The position numbers and the translations under genes are program-made. A stretch of DNA of 64,000 bases from Alphaproteobacteria bacterium (GTDB lineage: Bacteria > Pseudomonadota > Alphaproteobacteria > Bin95): assembly GCA_963665325.3 (NCBI GenBank), contig OZ224045.1, forward strand, positions 1,440,001-1,504,000, read 5' to 3'. The notes beneath the pieces are model-generated. The model worked only from the letters and a program-made list of their open reading frames with translations, did not search any database and was not told the origin of the DNA. Shown here in pieces: positions 46,338-55,317 of this stretch (its first letter is position 1; the number at the start of each line of letters is the position of its first letter).

Positions 46338-47066
46338 TCAGGAGCGGTTCTTGAAGCGCCAGCTCTCGTTGCCGGTCTCGATGATCTCGCAATGGTGGGT
46401 GAGACGATCGAGCAACGCCGTGGTCATCTTGGGATCGCCGAAGACGGACGGCCACTCGCCGAAGGCGAGGTTGGTGGTGATGACGATCGAGGTTCGCTCG
46501 TAGAGCCGGCTCATGAGGTGGAAGAGGAGCTGTCCGCCGGCTTGGGCGAAGGGCAGGTAGCCGAGTTCGTCGAGGATGACGAAGTCGCGTCGGACGAGCT
46601 GGTCTGCGGTGCGGCCCTGGCGCCCGGCACGGAGTTCGGCCTCGAGGTGGTTCACCAGGTCGACGACGTTGTAGCAGCGGCCACGGGCGCCCTTGCGGAT
46701 GCAGGAGCGCGCGACGGCGACGGCGAGATGGGTCTTGCCGGTGCCGGTGCCGCCGACCAGGACGATGTTGCGCTGGCCCTCGAGGAAGCCGCCGCCGGCG
46801 AGCTCCTGGATCAGGGGCTCGTTGACCGGCGAGCCGGCGAAGTCGAAGTCGGCCAGTTCCTTGGCCGTGGGCAGCTTGGCGGACGCCATCTGGTACTTGA
46901 TCGAGCGTGCCCTCTTGTCGGCGATCTCGACCTGCAGCAGCGTACCGATGATCTGCTGCACCGGATGACGGCGCTTGAGCCCGTCGGCGAGGATGTCGTC
47001 ATAGGCGGCTCGCATGCCTGCGAGCTTCAGCTGGGTCATCATCTCCAGCACATCATGACGCTCCAT
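46338..47066 (-). CDS. istB: IS21 helper ATPase IstB
   Basis: [44 protein letters not shown]. Confidence 0.95.
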   Translation of the reverse strand: MERHDVLEMMTQLKLAGMRAAYDDILADGLKRRHPVQQIIGTLLQVEIADKRARSIKYQMASAKLPTAKELADFDFAGSPVNEPLIQELAGGGFLEGQRNIVLVGGTGTGKTHLAVAVARSCIRKGARGRCYNVVDLVNHLEAELRAGRQGRTADQLVRRDFVILDELGYLPFAQAGGQLLFHLMSRLYERTSIVITTNLAFGEWPSVFGDPKMTTALLDRLTHHCEIIETGNESWRFKNRS

Positions 47067-48567
47067 GACCGGCCTCCCTCAGGCTGTCGTAGCGCTGACA
47101 GTCGGCCACCGGCTGGTGGCGGAGCTTCAGGCCCTCGGGCGTCGGGATGATTGCCGGCGGTGCCGGCTGGCGCTGCCGGGCGAGGATGTTGAGCACGACG
47201 TCGGCGCTGCAGGCGCCGCAGGCGAGCGCCTCGGCGCAGGCCGCCTCGACCGCCTCCAGCCCGTCCTCCAGCACCGCCGCGAGGATCTTGACGAACTGCC
47301 GGTCGCCGTCGTCGTGGCCGGCGAGCCGGGTTCGCAGGCGGCCCAGCGCGTTGGGCAACTGCCAGTCCTTGAAGGGTGCGCCGTTCCTCAGTGCGCCGGG
47401 CTTCCTCGTCAGGATCGGCACGTAATGCCACGGATCGTAGACGAACCGACCGCGCCCGAAGCTCCGGGGATGCTCGGCGACGATCTCGCCGTCCTGGCGG
47501 ATGACGATCCGCTCGGCATAGGCCCGCACGTCCACCGGCCGTCCCACCGCGCGGGCAGAGACGCTGTACTGGTTGTTGTCGAAGCGCACCAGGCAGGTCT
47601 TCGAGACTGACACCTCGCTGGCATGGAAGCCGTCGAAGGGACCGCGGTATGCCATCAGGAAGGGCCGCTCCTCCTCGAATACCTGCCACACCGTCTTGCC
47701 CTCGATCGTCGGATGCGGCTGCTTCCTGGCCTCCTCGATGCACCGATCCATCAGCCACTCGTTGATCTCGGTGTAGGAGCGGCCCCGCGGGCTGCGCGCG
47801 AACAGACGCCCGCGAAGGTCTCCCACCTGCTTCTCAACCTGCCCCTTCTCCCAGCCCGCCCCTGGCGTGCACGCCACTGGCTCCACCAGATGGTGCGAGC
47901 ACATCTCCTGGAAGCGGCGGTTGTAGGCACGCTCCTTGCCGACGAAGATCGTGTTCACCGCCGTCTTCATGTTGTCGTAGATGCCCCGTCGGCAGACCCC
48001 GCCGAAGAAGCGGAAGGCACGCTCGTGCGCCTCAAAGACCATCTCCTGGCTCTCGCGGGGAAAGATCTGCACCAGATACATGCGGCTGTGGCACAGCCGC
48101 ATGTGCGCCGCCTTCACCTTGGTCGTCGCTCCCGCCAGACGCGCATACTCGTGGCTCCAGTCGAACTGGTAGGCCTCGCCCGGATCGAAGATCAGCGGCA
48201 CATAGGCCTGCGACGGCGATAACAGACGGCGTCGGCGCCGCCACGCCCTGGCGTAGCGCCGGACCGCGTCATAGCCGCCCTTGTAGCCCAGCTCGCCAAG
48301 GTCCTCATGGATCTGCAGCAGGGACAGGCGATCCCGGCGCTTCTTCTTCTCGTTGGCCTCCAGCTGGCGCTCAAGCTCTGCCACCCAAGGCCCAAGCTTC
48401 GGCATCGGCTGGATCTTGCGCTCATAGCTGTGCGAGGTCGTATCGCCCCGAACCACCTTGCGTATCGTGTTCTTCGAAACCCTCAAATCCCGCGCCAGCT
48501 TCTTGATCGGAACGCCCTTCACCAGATGATCCCGACGGATCCGCGCTATCGTCTCCACAACCAGCAT
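47053..48567 (-). CDS. istA: IS21 transposase IstA
   Basis: N-terminal [44 protein letters not shown]. Confidence 0.95.
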   Translation of the reverse strand: MLVVETIARIRRDHLVKGVPIKKLARDLRVSKNTIRKVVRGDTTSHSYERKIQPMPKLGPWVAELERQLEANEKKKRRDRLSLLQIHEDLGELGYKGGYDAVRRYARAWRRRRRLLSPSQAYVPLIFDPGEAYQFDWSHEYARLAGATTKVKAAHMRLCHSRMYLVQIFPRESQEMVFEAHERAFRFFGGVCRRGIYDNMKTAVNTIFVGKERAYNRRFQEMCSHHLVEPVACTPGAGWEKGQVEKQVGDLRGRLFARSPRGRSYTEINEWLMDRCIEEARKQPHPTIEGKTVWQVFEEERPFLMAYRGPFDGFHASEVSVSKTCLVRFDNNQYSVSARAVGRPVDVRAYAERIVIRQDGEIVAEHPRSFGRGRFVYDPWHYVPILTRKPGALRNGAPFKDWQLPNALGRLRTRLAGHDDGDRQFVKILAAVLEDGLEAVEAACAEALACGACSADVVLNILARQRQPAPPAIIPTPEGLKLRHQPVADCQRYDSLREAGHGAS

Positions 48568-48832
48568 CTCCCCCACCCCGTCCGTCCAACGACAGGGCGT
48601 GTTCATGGACACAATCCATGGGGGGTCAATTTTGGACGCCGATAACCCCCAACAGGGGGTCAATCTTCCACGCTTAACAACACTCTCCTGTCGACCGGCC
48701 ACCGGCCGACCGTCGGGACTGCGCACCAGTTTCGTCAAATGAGTAGCGGCGCGCGGCGCCTATGCAGCCGCCCGCTCCTCCCGCTGTCTCGTCAGGTCAT
48801 GTCTTTCCTCGGTTTGTTTTCATAACAATATC

Positions 48833-48864
48833 GCACATATAAAGAACAAACAGGCTGAAGTCAA
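48833..48864 (-). promoter_or_regulatory. Sigma70-like promoter (TTGACT-N17-TATATG) overlapped by a near-consensus alphaproteobacterial LexA box (GTTC-N7-GTGC)
   Basis: Read on the minus strand: -35 at 48864-48859, -10 at 48841-48836, box at 48847-48833; points toward the HTH gene across the IS21. Confidence 0.45.
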
Positions 48865-48944
48865 GCCCTACGCGGGGCCCTGCCACGCTGTCGAGCTTGC
48901 CACCGCATTCATTGCGGTGGAGGCCCTCGCCGAGCGGAGCCCCC

Positions 48945-49096
48945 CTTGTCACCCCGGCCAACTACTACTTGTCACCCCGGACTTGCCTGCCCTCGCGAAG
49001 GCGGGGGAGCCGGGGTCCAGCCTGTCGAGGCCCGTGCGGGCTGGGCCGGCAGTGCTGGGTCCCGGATCAAGTCCGGGACGACAATTGGAGGGCCGG
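48945..49096 (-). repeat. REP doublet plus 23-bp repeats, copy 3 (inverted)
   Basis: Reverse complement matches 45307-45469 apart from an extra hairpin in one REP loop. Confidence 0.85.
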
Positions 49097-49200
49097 ACGG
49101 GAGGGAGAAGAAGCGGCGGGCGACATCGCTGCCTCCAGGGATTCCGGACGGGAAATAAGGGCGGGACGGATGCCGGGGGCCGGAGTATTCTGGGCGCGCC

Positions 49201-50523
49201 GTGAATCCGCGCGACGCAGAGATCGTTCCCGCCGAGGGCGGGGCGCTGACCGAAGCGACCGGCCCGAAGCCGCGCCGGAGGCTCCGGCGCTTGCGGCGGG
49301 CGGTCCTGCCGCTGCTCGTGCTCGGGGCGGCCGTAGCGGCTTTCGGGGCGATGATGGCGACGCGCACGGCGATCCTGCCGGCAATGCCGGGCGAGCGCGT
49401 CTGGGCGGTCGGCGCGGCGACCGTGGCGCTGGAGACGACCCGCCCGCGGATTCCGCTTTTCGGCCAGGTGGTCGCCGGACGCTCGGTGGATCTGCGCCCG
49501 CTGGTGGCCGGGAGAATCGCGGCGGTCGGGCCGGGCTTCCGGGAGGGGGGCTATGTCGCCGAGGGCGAGTTACTTGTCGCAATCGACCGCTTCGACTTCG
49601 AAACGACCCGGGCGCTGCGCGCCGCGGAGCTTGCCGAAACAGGGGCCGCACTGCGCGAGGTCGAGGCCGACCTTGCCGGCGCCCGCGACCAGCTGAAGGA
49701 AGACGGGCGCCAGCTCGACCTGCTGCGGAGGGAAGCGGACCGAAGACGCCAGCTCCGTGAGCGCGGCGCCATCTCGCAGAAGGCCGTCGATGACGGGGAA
49801 CTGGCTCTGAGCCGCCAGCAGCAGGCGGCCAGCCAGCGGCAGAACGCCGTCGAGCGCTTCACCGCGCGGGTCGAGCGCCAGAAGGCAGCGATCCGGCGCG
49901 CCGAAGCCGGGCTCGCCCGCGCGGAACGCGACCTTGCCGAAACGCGGTTGACCAGCCCGTTCGGCGGCTGGTTGGTCGACATCGGCGCCGAAATTGGCAA
50001 GCAGGTCGGCACCGGAGAGCGCGTCGCCCGGCTGGTCGATTCGTCCCGGCTGGAGATCGGCCTGTCGATTCCCAACGGGATTTTCGGCGACCTCGATGCC
50101 GGGGAGGGGATCGTCGGGCGACGGCTGACGGCAGTCTGGCGCACGGGCGAGACCGTCCGCAGTTTCCCGGCCCGCATCGCCCGGCTGGAGGGCGAGATCG
50201 ACGCGGCCAGCGGCGGGATCGCCGCGTTTGCGAGCCTGGAGGCCTTGCCGGAGGACACGCGCCTGCGCGCCGGAGCCTTCGTCGAACTGCTGCTGGAAGG
50301 CCCGGAATTGCAGGACGCCGTGCGCCTGCCCGCCTCGGCGGTGTTCGACGGCGGGAGGGTCTATCGGGTCGGCGCCGACGACCGGCTGGAGGCCGTCGAG
50401 GTCGCTGTCCGCGCCAGGGAAGGCGAGAGCCTGCTGGTGCAGGGGCCGCTCGAGAACGGCGAGCGCATCGTGCTGACGCGCTTCCCGGAAATCGCCCCCG
50501 GCGTCAAGGTCACCGTCCCTTGA
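49201..50523 (+). CDS. RND efflux periplasmic adaptor (membrane fusion protein)
   Basis: N-terminal TM anchor, VAGRI, long coiled coil, RDLAETRLTSPFGG, VRLPASAV. Confidence 0.88.
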   Translation: MNPRDAEIVPAEGGALTEATGPKPRRRLRRLRRAVLPLLVLGAAVAAFGAMMATRTAILPAMPGERVWAVGAATVALETTRPRIPLFGQVVAGRSVDLRPLVAGRIAAVGPGFREGGYVAEGELLVAIDRFDFETTRALRAAELAETGAALREVEADLAGARDQLKEDGRQLDLLRREADRRRQLRERGAISQKAVDDGELALSRQQQAASQRQNAVERFTARVERQKAAIRRAEAGLARAERDLAETRLTSPFGGWLVDIGAEIGKQVGTGERVARLVDSSRLEIGLSIPNGIFGDLDAGEGIVGRRLTAVWRTGETVRSFPARIARLEGEIDAASGGIAAFASLEALPEDTRLRAGAFVELLLEGPELQDAVRLPASAVFDGGRVYRVGADDRLEAVEVAVRAREGESLLVQGPLENGERIVLTRFPEIAPGVKVTVP

Positions 50524-53500
50524 TTGCGCTGTTCGCGCGTCACCCGACGGCGGCGAACCTGCTGATGGCGGCGATGCTGGTTATCGGCCTGCTCGCGCTC
50601 TCGCGGATGAACAAGCAGTTCTTCCCGGATTTCGGCATCGACGTGGTTCTCGTTACGGTAACCTGGCCTGGCGCTGGCGCAGAGGATGTGGACAACGCCA
50701 TCGTCCAGGCGATCGAGCCCGAAGTCCGGTTCCTCGACCGGGTGAAGCGGGTTGTTTCCAACTCCCAGGAAGGCCGCGCCAGTATCAGCGTGGAGTTCGA
50801 AGCCGGCAGCGACATGCAGGCGGCGCTGGCGGATGTGGATGCGGCCGTATCCCGGATCGCCACCCTGCCCGAGGACAGCGAGGCGCCCTGGATCCGGCGC
50901 GTCGTGCGATACGAGAACCTGCTGCGCATCGTCCTTTCGGGGAACCTGCCGGAGCGGACCCTCAAGACATGGGCGACCCAGATGCGCGACGGACTGATCC
51001 GCGCCGGGGTCGATGAAGTGGAGATGGTCGGCGCCCGCGACGAGTGGATCCTGGTCGAGGCCGACCAGCGGGACCTGCTGGCGCTCGACCTGCCCGTGTC
51101 GGAAATCTCCAGCCGCATCGCGGGCGCTTCGCGCGACATACCGGGCGGCGACACCGGCGGACATTCGGTTTCCCGCGTCCGCTCGCTGGGTCTTGCGCGC
51201 ACCGCCGAGGAGGTCGCCGCCGTGGAGGTCCGGGCCTTCCCGGACGGGCGCAGGCTGACCCTGGGCGAAGTTGCGGAGGTCTCGGAGGCCTGGGACGAGA
51301 ACCAGCCGCGGATCTACTTCGAGGGCCGCCCGGCGGTCGAGCTCATCGTCAAGCGTGCGACGACGGCCGATGCGCTGGAGACCGCCGAAGCGGCCGCGCG
51401 ATTTCTCGACGACTTCCTGCCGACGCTGCCTCCGGGCGTCACGGTCAGGCAGTACGACGCGGCGGCGGAACTGATCGACCAGCGCATCGACCTTCTGGTC
51501 CGCAACGGCCTCGGCGGCATGGTCATCGTGTTGATCGTCCTGTTCGTGTTCCTGAATGCCCGCACGGCGCTCTGGGTAGCCGCCGGCATTCCTGCCGCCC
51601 TGCTGGCCGCTATGGCCCTCGCATGGGCGCTCGGGCACGCCATCAATATGGTAATCCTTTTCGGGACCATCCTCGCCATCGGTCTCGTCGTGGACGACGC
51701 CATCGTGGTGGCCGAACACGCCGAAACCCGCGCTCGCAGGGGCGACGACCCATTGCAGGCGGCCATGGAGGGCGCCCGGCGCATGGCGGGCCCGGTATTC
51801 AGTTCGAGCCTCACCACCATCGCCGCCTTCCTGCCGTTGATCCTGATCGGCGGCGTTATCGGGCAGATCATCCGGGAAATCCCGATCATTGTCGTGCTGG
51901 CGCTGGTGGCGAGCCTGGTGGAGTGCTTCCTGGTGCTGCCCGGCCATCTGCGCCATTCACTCGCCGCGACGGCGGCCGCGGCAGAGGGCCGGACGTCGCG
52001 CTTCCGCAGGGGATTCGACGGAGGCTTCCGCCGGTTCCGGGAGGGGCTCTTCCGGCGCATGGTCGCCCGCGCCCTCGTCCACCGCTACCTGGTGCTGGCG
52101 CTCGTTGTCGGCTTGTTCCTTGTCAGCGTCGGGATTGCCGCAAGCGGGCGCATCGCCTTCACCTTCTTTCCTTCGGTCGAGCCGAACAACATATTCGCGA
52201 ACCTGCGCATGGTTCCGGGCACGGCCCGGGAGGAGACGCGCGAACGCCTGTTTCGGATAGAGCGAGGCGCCCGCGCCGCCGCCGAGGCTTTCGGCGAACC
52301 CGGCCTGATCCACACGTCGCTCGTCGTGGAGGGCACCGAGCGCACCCAGAGCCCCGGGGGGCCCCGCCAGCGCGACGACACGGTGGGCGCCGTAGTCGTG
52401 CAGCTCGTCGACTCAGACAAGCGCGATGTGCGAACCGAAGCGTTTGTGCAAATGTGGCGGGACAGTATCGGGCCGATCGTCGGAGCCGACGCCCTTACCG
52501 TCCGCGCCGCGACGGCCGGGCCTCCGGGCCGCGAGATCGATGTGCGCCTCTCCGGCGACGACCTGGACGACCTCAAGGCGGCCGCCGGGCGCGTGAGGGC
52601 CCTTCTGGCATCCTATCCGGGCGTGAGCGCCATCGGAGACAATCTGGCGTATGGCAGCCGCGAAATGCAGTTGAGGATAACGCCGGCGGGCCGCGCGATG
52701 GGCTTCGACATCGCACGGGCGGGAAACCAGATTCGCAGCGCGCTTCAGGGCGACATCGCGCTGCGTTTCGCCAGGGGCGACGAAGAGGTGGAGGTAAGGG
52801 TTAGGCAAAAAGAGAATCCCGGCGGGCTCGGCGCGCTCTATCTCTTCGGTCCGAATGGCAGCGAGGTGCCGTTGAGCGCCGTCGTCACCGTGACCCCCTC
52901 CAGCGGCTATGACGTCATTCGCCGCGAACGGGGCCGGCGCGAGGTCTCCGTTACGGCAGAGGCGGACGAGACTGTCACCACCAACAATGTCGTGCTCGCG
53001 GCACTCCGGCGTGACGGTGTTGCGAAGATCGCCGCGGACGCCGGCCTCGAATGGCGCTTCGCCGGCAAGGCGGAGGAGCAGGCGGAGACTTTCGCCGACA
53101 TGGGCGTGGGCGCCGGCATCGGGCTTGCGGGCATGTTCCTCGTGCTGGCATGGATCTTCGGCAGCTACAGCCGGCCGGTAGCGGTGCTGGCGGTGGTGCC
53201 GCTCGGCTTCATCGGGGTCGCGCTCGGCCACTACTTCACCGGCTTCGACCTCACCATCCTTTCGATGATCGGCATGATCGGGCTGTCCGGCATCGTCATC
53301 AACGATTCGATCGTGCTCATCGTGGCGATCGCAGACCACGAGCAGGAGGGCAAGCCCGTCCACCGGGCCATAGAGGACGGGGCGTGCGACCGCCTGCGCG
53401 CGGTGATCCTCACCTCGCTTACCACCATCAGCGGCCTGCTGCCGCTCTGTTTTGAGACCAGCCTGCAGGCCCAATTTCTGATTCCCGTGGCGCTAACCAT

Positions 53501-53663
53501 CGTGGCGGGGTTGGCCATGGCGACCTTGCTCGTGCTGTTCGTCGTTCCCGCGATGCTGGCCGTCGGGTATGATCTGCGGCGCCTCGCCGGTGGCACGGGG
53601 GGGCGCGAGCGGCAGGTTGTGGTAAGTGGACGGGAAACCGGAACGGAAGCCATAACCCGATGA
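50520..53663 (+). CDS. RND efflux permease (AcrB/AcrD/AcrF family)
   Basis: ANLLM, WPGA.AEDVD, IGLVVDDAIVVAE, LSGIVINDSIV, RLRAVILTSLTT..GLLPL. Confidence 0.93.
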   Translation: MIALFARHPTAANLLMAAMLVIGLLALSRMNKQFFPDFGIDVVLVTVTWPGAGAEDVDNAIVQAIEPEVRFLDRVKRVVSNSQEGRASISVEFEAGSDMQAALADVDAAVSRIATLPEDSEAPWIRRVVRYENLLRIVLSGNLPERTLKTWATQMRDGLIRAGVDEVEMVGARDEWILVEADQRDLLALDLPVSEISSRIAGASRDIPGGDTGGHSVSRVRSLGLARTAEEVAAVEVRAFPDGRRLTLGEVAEVSEAWDENQPRIYFEGRPAVELIVKRATTADALETAEAAARFLDDFLPTLPPGVTVRQYDAAAELIDQRIDLLVRNGLGGMVIVLIVLFVFLNARTALWVAAGIPAALLAAMALAWALGHAINMVILFGTILAIGLVVDDAIVVAEHAETRARRGDDPLQAAMEGARRMAGPVFSSSLTTIAAFLPLILIGGVIGQIIREIPIIVVLALVASLVECFLVLPGHLRHSLAATAAAAEGRTSRFRRGFDGGFRRFREGLFRRMVARALVHRYLVLALVVGLFLVSVGIAASGRIAFTFFPSVEPNNIFANLRMVPGTAREETRERLFRIERGARAAAEAFGEPGLIHTSLVVEGTERTQSPGGPRQRDDTVGAVVVQLVDSDKRDVRTEAFVQMWRDSIGPIVGADALTVRAATAGPPGREIDVRLSGDDLDDLKAAAGRVRALLASYPGVSAIGDNLAYGSREMQLRITPAGRAMGFDIARAGNQIRSALQGDIALRFARGDEEVEVRVRQKENPGGLGALYLFGPNGSEVPLSAVVTVTPSSGYDVIRRERGRREVSVTAEADETVTTNNVVLAALRRDGVAKIAADAGLEWRFAGKAEEQAETFADMGVGAGIGLAGMFLVLAWIFGSYSRPVAVLAVVPLGFIGVALGHYFTGFDLTILSMIGMIGLSGIVINDSIVLIVAIADHEQEGKPVHRAIEDGACDRLRAVILTSLTTISGLLPLCFETSLQAQFLIPVALTIVAGLAMATLLVLFVVPAMLAVGYDLRRLAGGTGGRERQVVVSGRETGTEAITR

Positions 53664-55201
53664 ACTTGCCGCGCATCGCCCTTCTGGGCATCATGCTTGA
53701 AAGCAATGCGTTCGCCCCGCCGGCGACGGAAGCCGATTTCCGCCGGCACTACTACCGGGAGGGCGACGATTTACTGAAAGACGCACGAGCCGAGGTCTCG
53801 GCGATGCCGGCCGAGATGGCCGCCTTCGTGCAGGCGATGGATGCGACGGGCCCGTGGGAGCCGGTGCCGCTGCTGTTCGCCAACAACCCGCCCTGGGGCC
53901 CGGCGGAATGGAGCTTCATTTCGGGCTGTCTGGACCGCATCGAGGCGATGCTGGCCGAGGCGGGATCGGTGGACGGCGTCTTCATCGCCAATCACGGCGC
54001 CATGACCACGACGGAGACGCTCGATCCCGATGGCGAGATCGTGGCGCGGTTGCGCGCGCTTGCCGGGGCGGAGGTCCCCGTGATCGTGACGCACGACCTG
54101 CATGCCAACCTCTCCGAGCGTCTGGTCGAGGCGGCCGACATTCTGATTGGTTACACCACCAACCCCCATGTCGATATGCGCCAGCGCGGGGACGAGGCGG
54201 CCTTCGCCATGCGCAAGATGCTGGCCGGGATGCGGCCGAAATCGGCCTTCATCCGCCTGCCGCTGACGCCGCCGAGCGTGACCCTGCTGACTGCGGAGGG
54301 GCCCTATGCGGACATGATCCAATACGGTCAGCGGCGGATGCGCGAGTCGGGCGGCGAAATTGTCAACGTCACGATTCTCGGCGGCTTCGTCTTCTCGGAC
54401 ACGCCGAAGAACGGTGTCGCCATCGTGGTGACGGCGCGCGAGGATGAGGCGCTGGCGCGATCGTTGGCGCGCGAAATCGCGGATTACGGCTGGTCGATGC
54501 GGCAGCGCTTCCGGCGCGACCTCATGTCCGTCGATGCGGCGGCGGCGCTGGCGCTCGAAACGGCGGGCGAACCCTCCCGCCCCGCGATTATCTTCTCCGA
54601 CGCCGGCGATAATCCGGGCGGCGGCGGGGAAGGGCGCACCACCTGGCTCCTGCGTGCGCTCGTCGAGGCGGAAGCGAAGCGCGTCTATTACGGCTCCTTC
54701 TTCGATCCCGAGTTGGCGCTGGAGGCGCACCGGCTCGGCGAAGGCGCGGAATTCGAAGCGGCGTTCAACCGCGAAGGCGACACGGAGTTCTCCAAGGGGT
54801 TCCGGGCGCCGGCGCGGGTCCTGAAGCTGACGGACGGGCGCTTCGTTGGCCGGCTTGGCATCTACCGGGGCCGGCTGGTGGATTTGGGGCCGTCGGCCGC
54901 GCTGCAGATCGGCGGGCCGGACGGCATCACCGTCATCGTAATCGGCGCGCGCCACCAGACCGCCGACCCGATGTTCTTCGAGAGCTTCGGACTGGATATC
55001 GCCGAGGCGCGGGTCGTCTGCGTCAAGTCGCGGGGCCATTTCCGCGCGGGCTTCATGCCCTGGTTCCCGCCCACGCAGGTCTTCGAGGTCGATACGGCCG
55101 GGCTCACCTCCCCGGTGCTGGACCGCTTCCGATGGCAAAGGCTGCCGCGTCCGGTCTTCCCGCTGGACGAAGGCGCCGAGTGGACCCCGCCACCCTGGTG
55201 A
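53660..55201 (+). CDS. M81 family (MlrC-like) metallopeptidase
   Basis: ESNAFA, NHGAM, DLHAN, NPHVD, DNPGGG, KSRGHFRA. Confidence 0.88.
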   Translation: MNLPRIALLGIMLESNAFAPPATEADFRRHYYREGDDLLKDARAEVSAMPAEMAAFVQAMDATGPWEPVPLLFANNPPWGPAEWSFISGCLDRIEAMLAEAGSVDGVFIANHGAMTTTETLDPDGEIVARLRALAGAEVPVIVTHDLHANLSERLVEAADILIGYTTNPHVDMRQRGDEAAFAMRKMLAGMRPKSAFIRLPLTPPSVTLLTAEGPYADMIQYGQRRMRESGGEIVNVTILGGFVFSDTPKNGVAIVVTAREDEALARSLAREIADYGWSMRQRFRRDLMSVDAAAALALETAGEPSRPAIIFSDAGDNPGGGGEGRTTWLLRALVEAEAKRVYYGSFFDPELALEAHRLGEGAEFEAAFNREGDTEFSKGFRAPARVLKLTDGRFVGRLGIYRGRLVDLGPSAALQIGGPDGITVIVIGARHQTADPMFFESFGLDIAEARVVCVKSRGHFRAGFMPWFPPTQVFEVDTAGLTSPVLDRFRWQRLPRPVFPLDEGAEWTPPPW

Positions 55202-55317
55202 GGGGCCGCCCGCCGCGATTGCGGCGGGGCGTCCGACGCCCTATCGTGCAAGCCATGCGGGGCTTGGCGGTCTACGCCCGCCCGCCCGGCCATCCATTGC
55301 AGGAGAAGGAAGCACCC

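Larger units (their letters stand above)
46137..48682 (-). mobile_element. IS21 family insertion sequence (2546 bp) with 7-bp target site duplication CTCTCCT
   Basis: TGT...ACA ends; repeated (T)TGACCCC boxes at both ends; CTCTCCT at 46130-46136 and 48683-48689; istA-istB inside. Confidence 0.93.
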
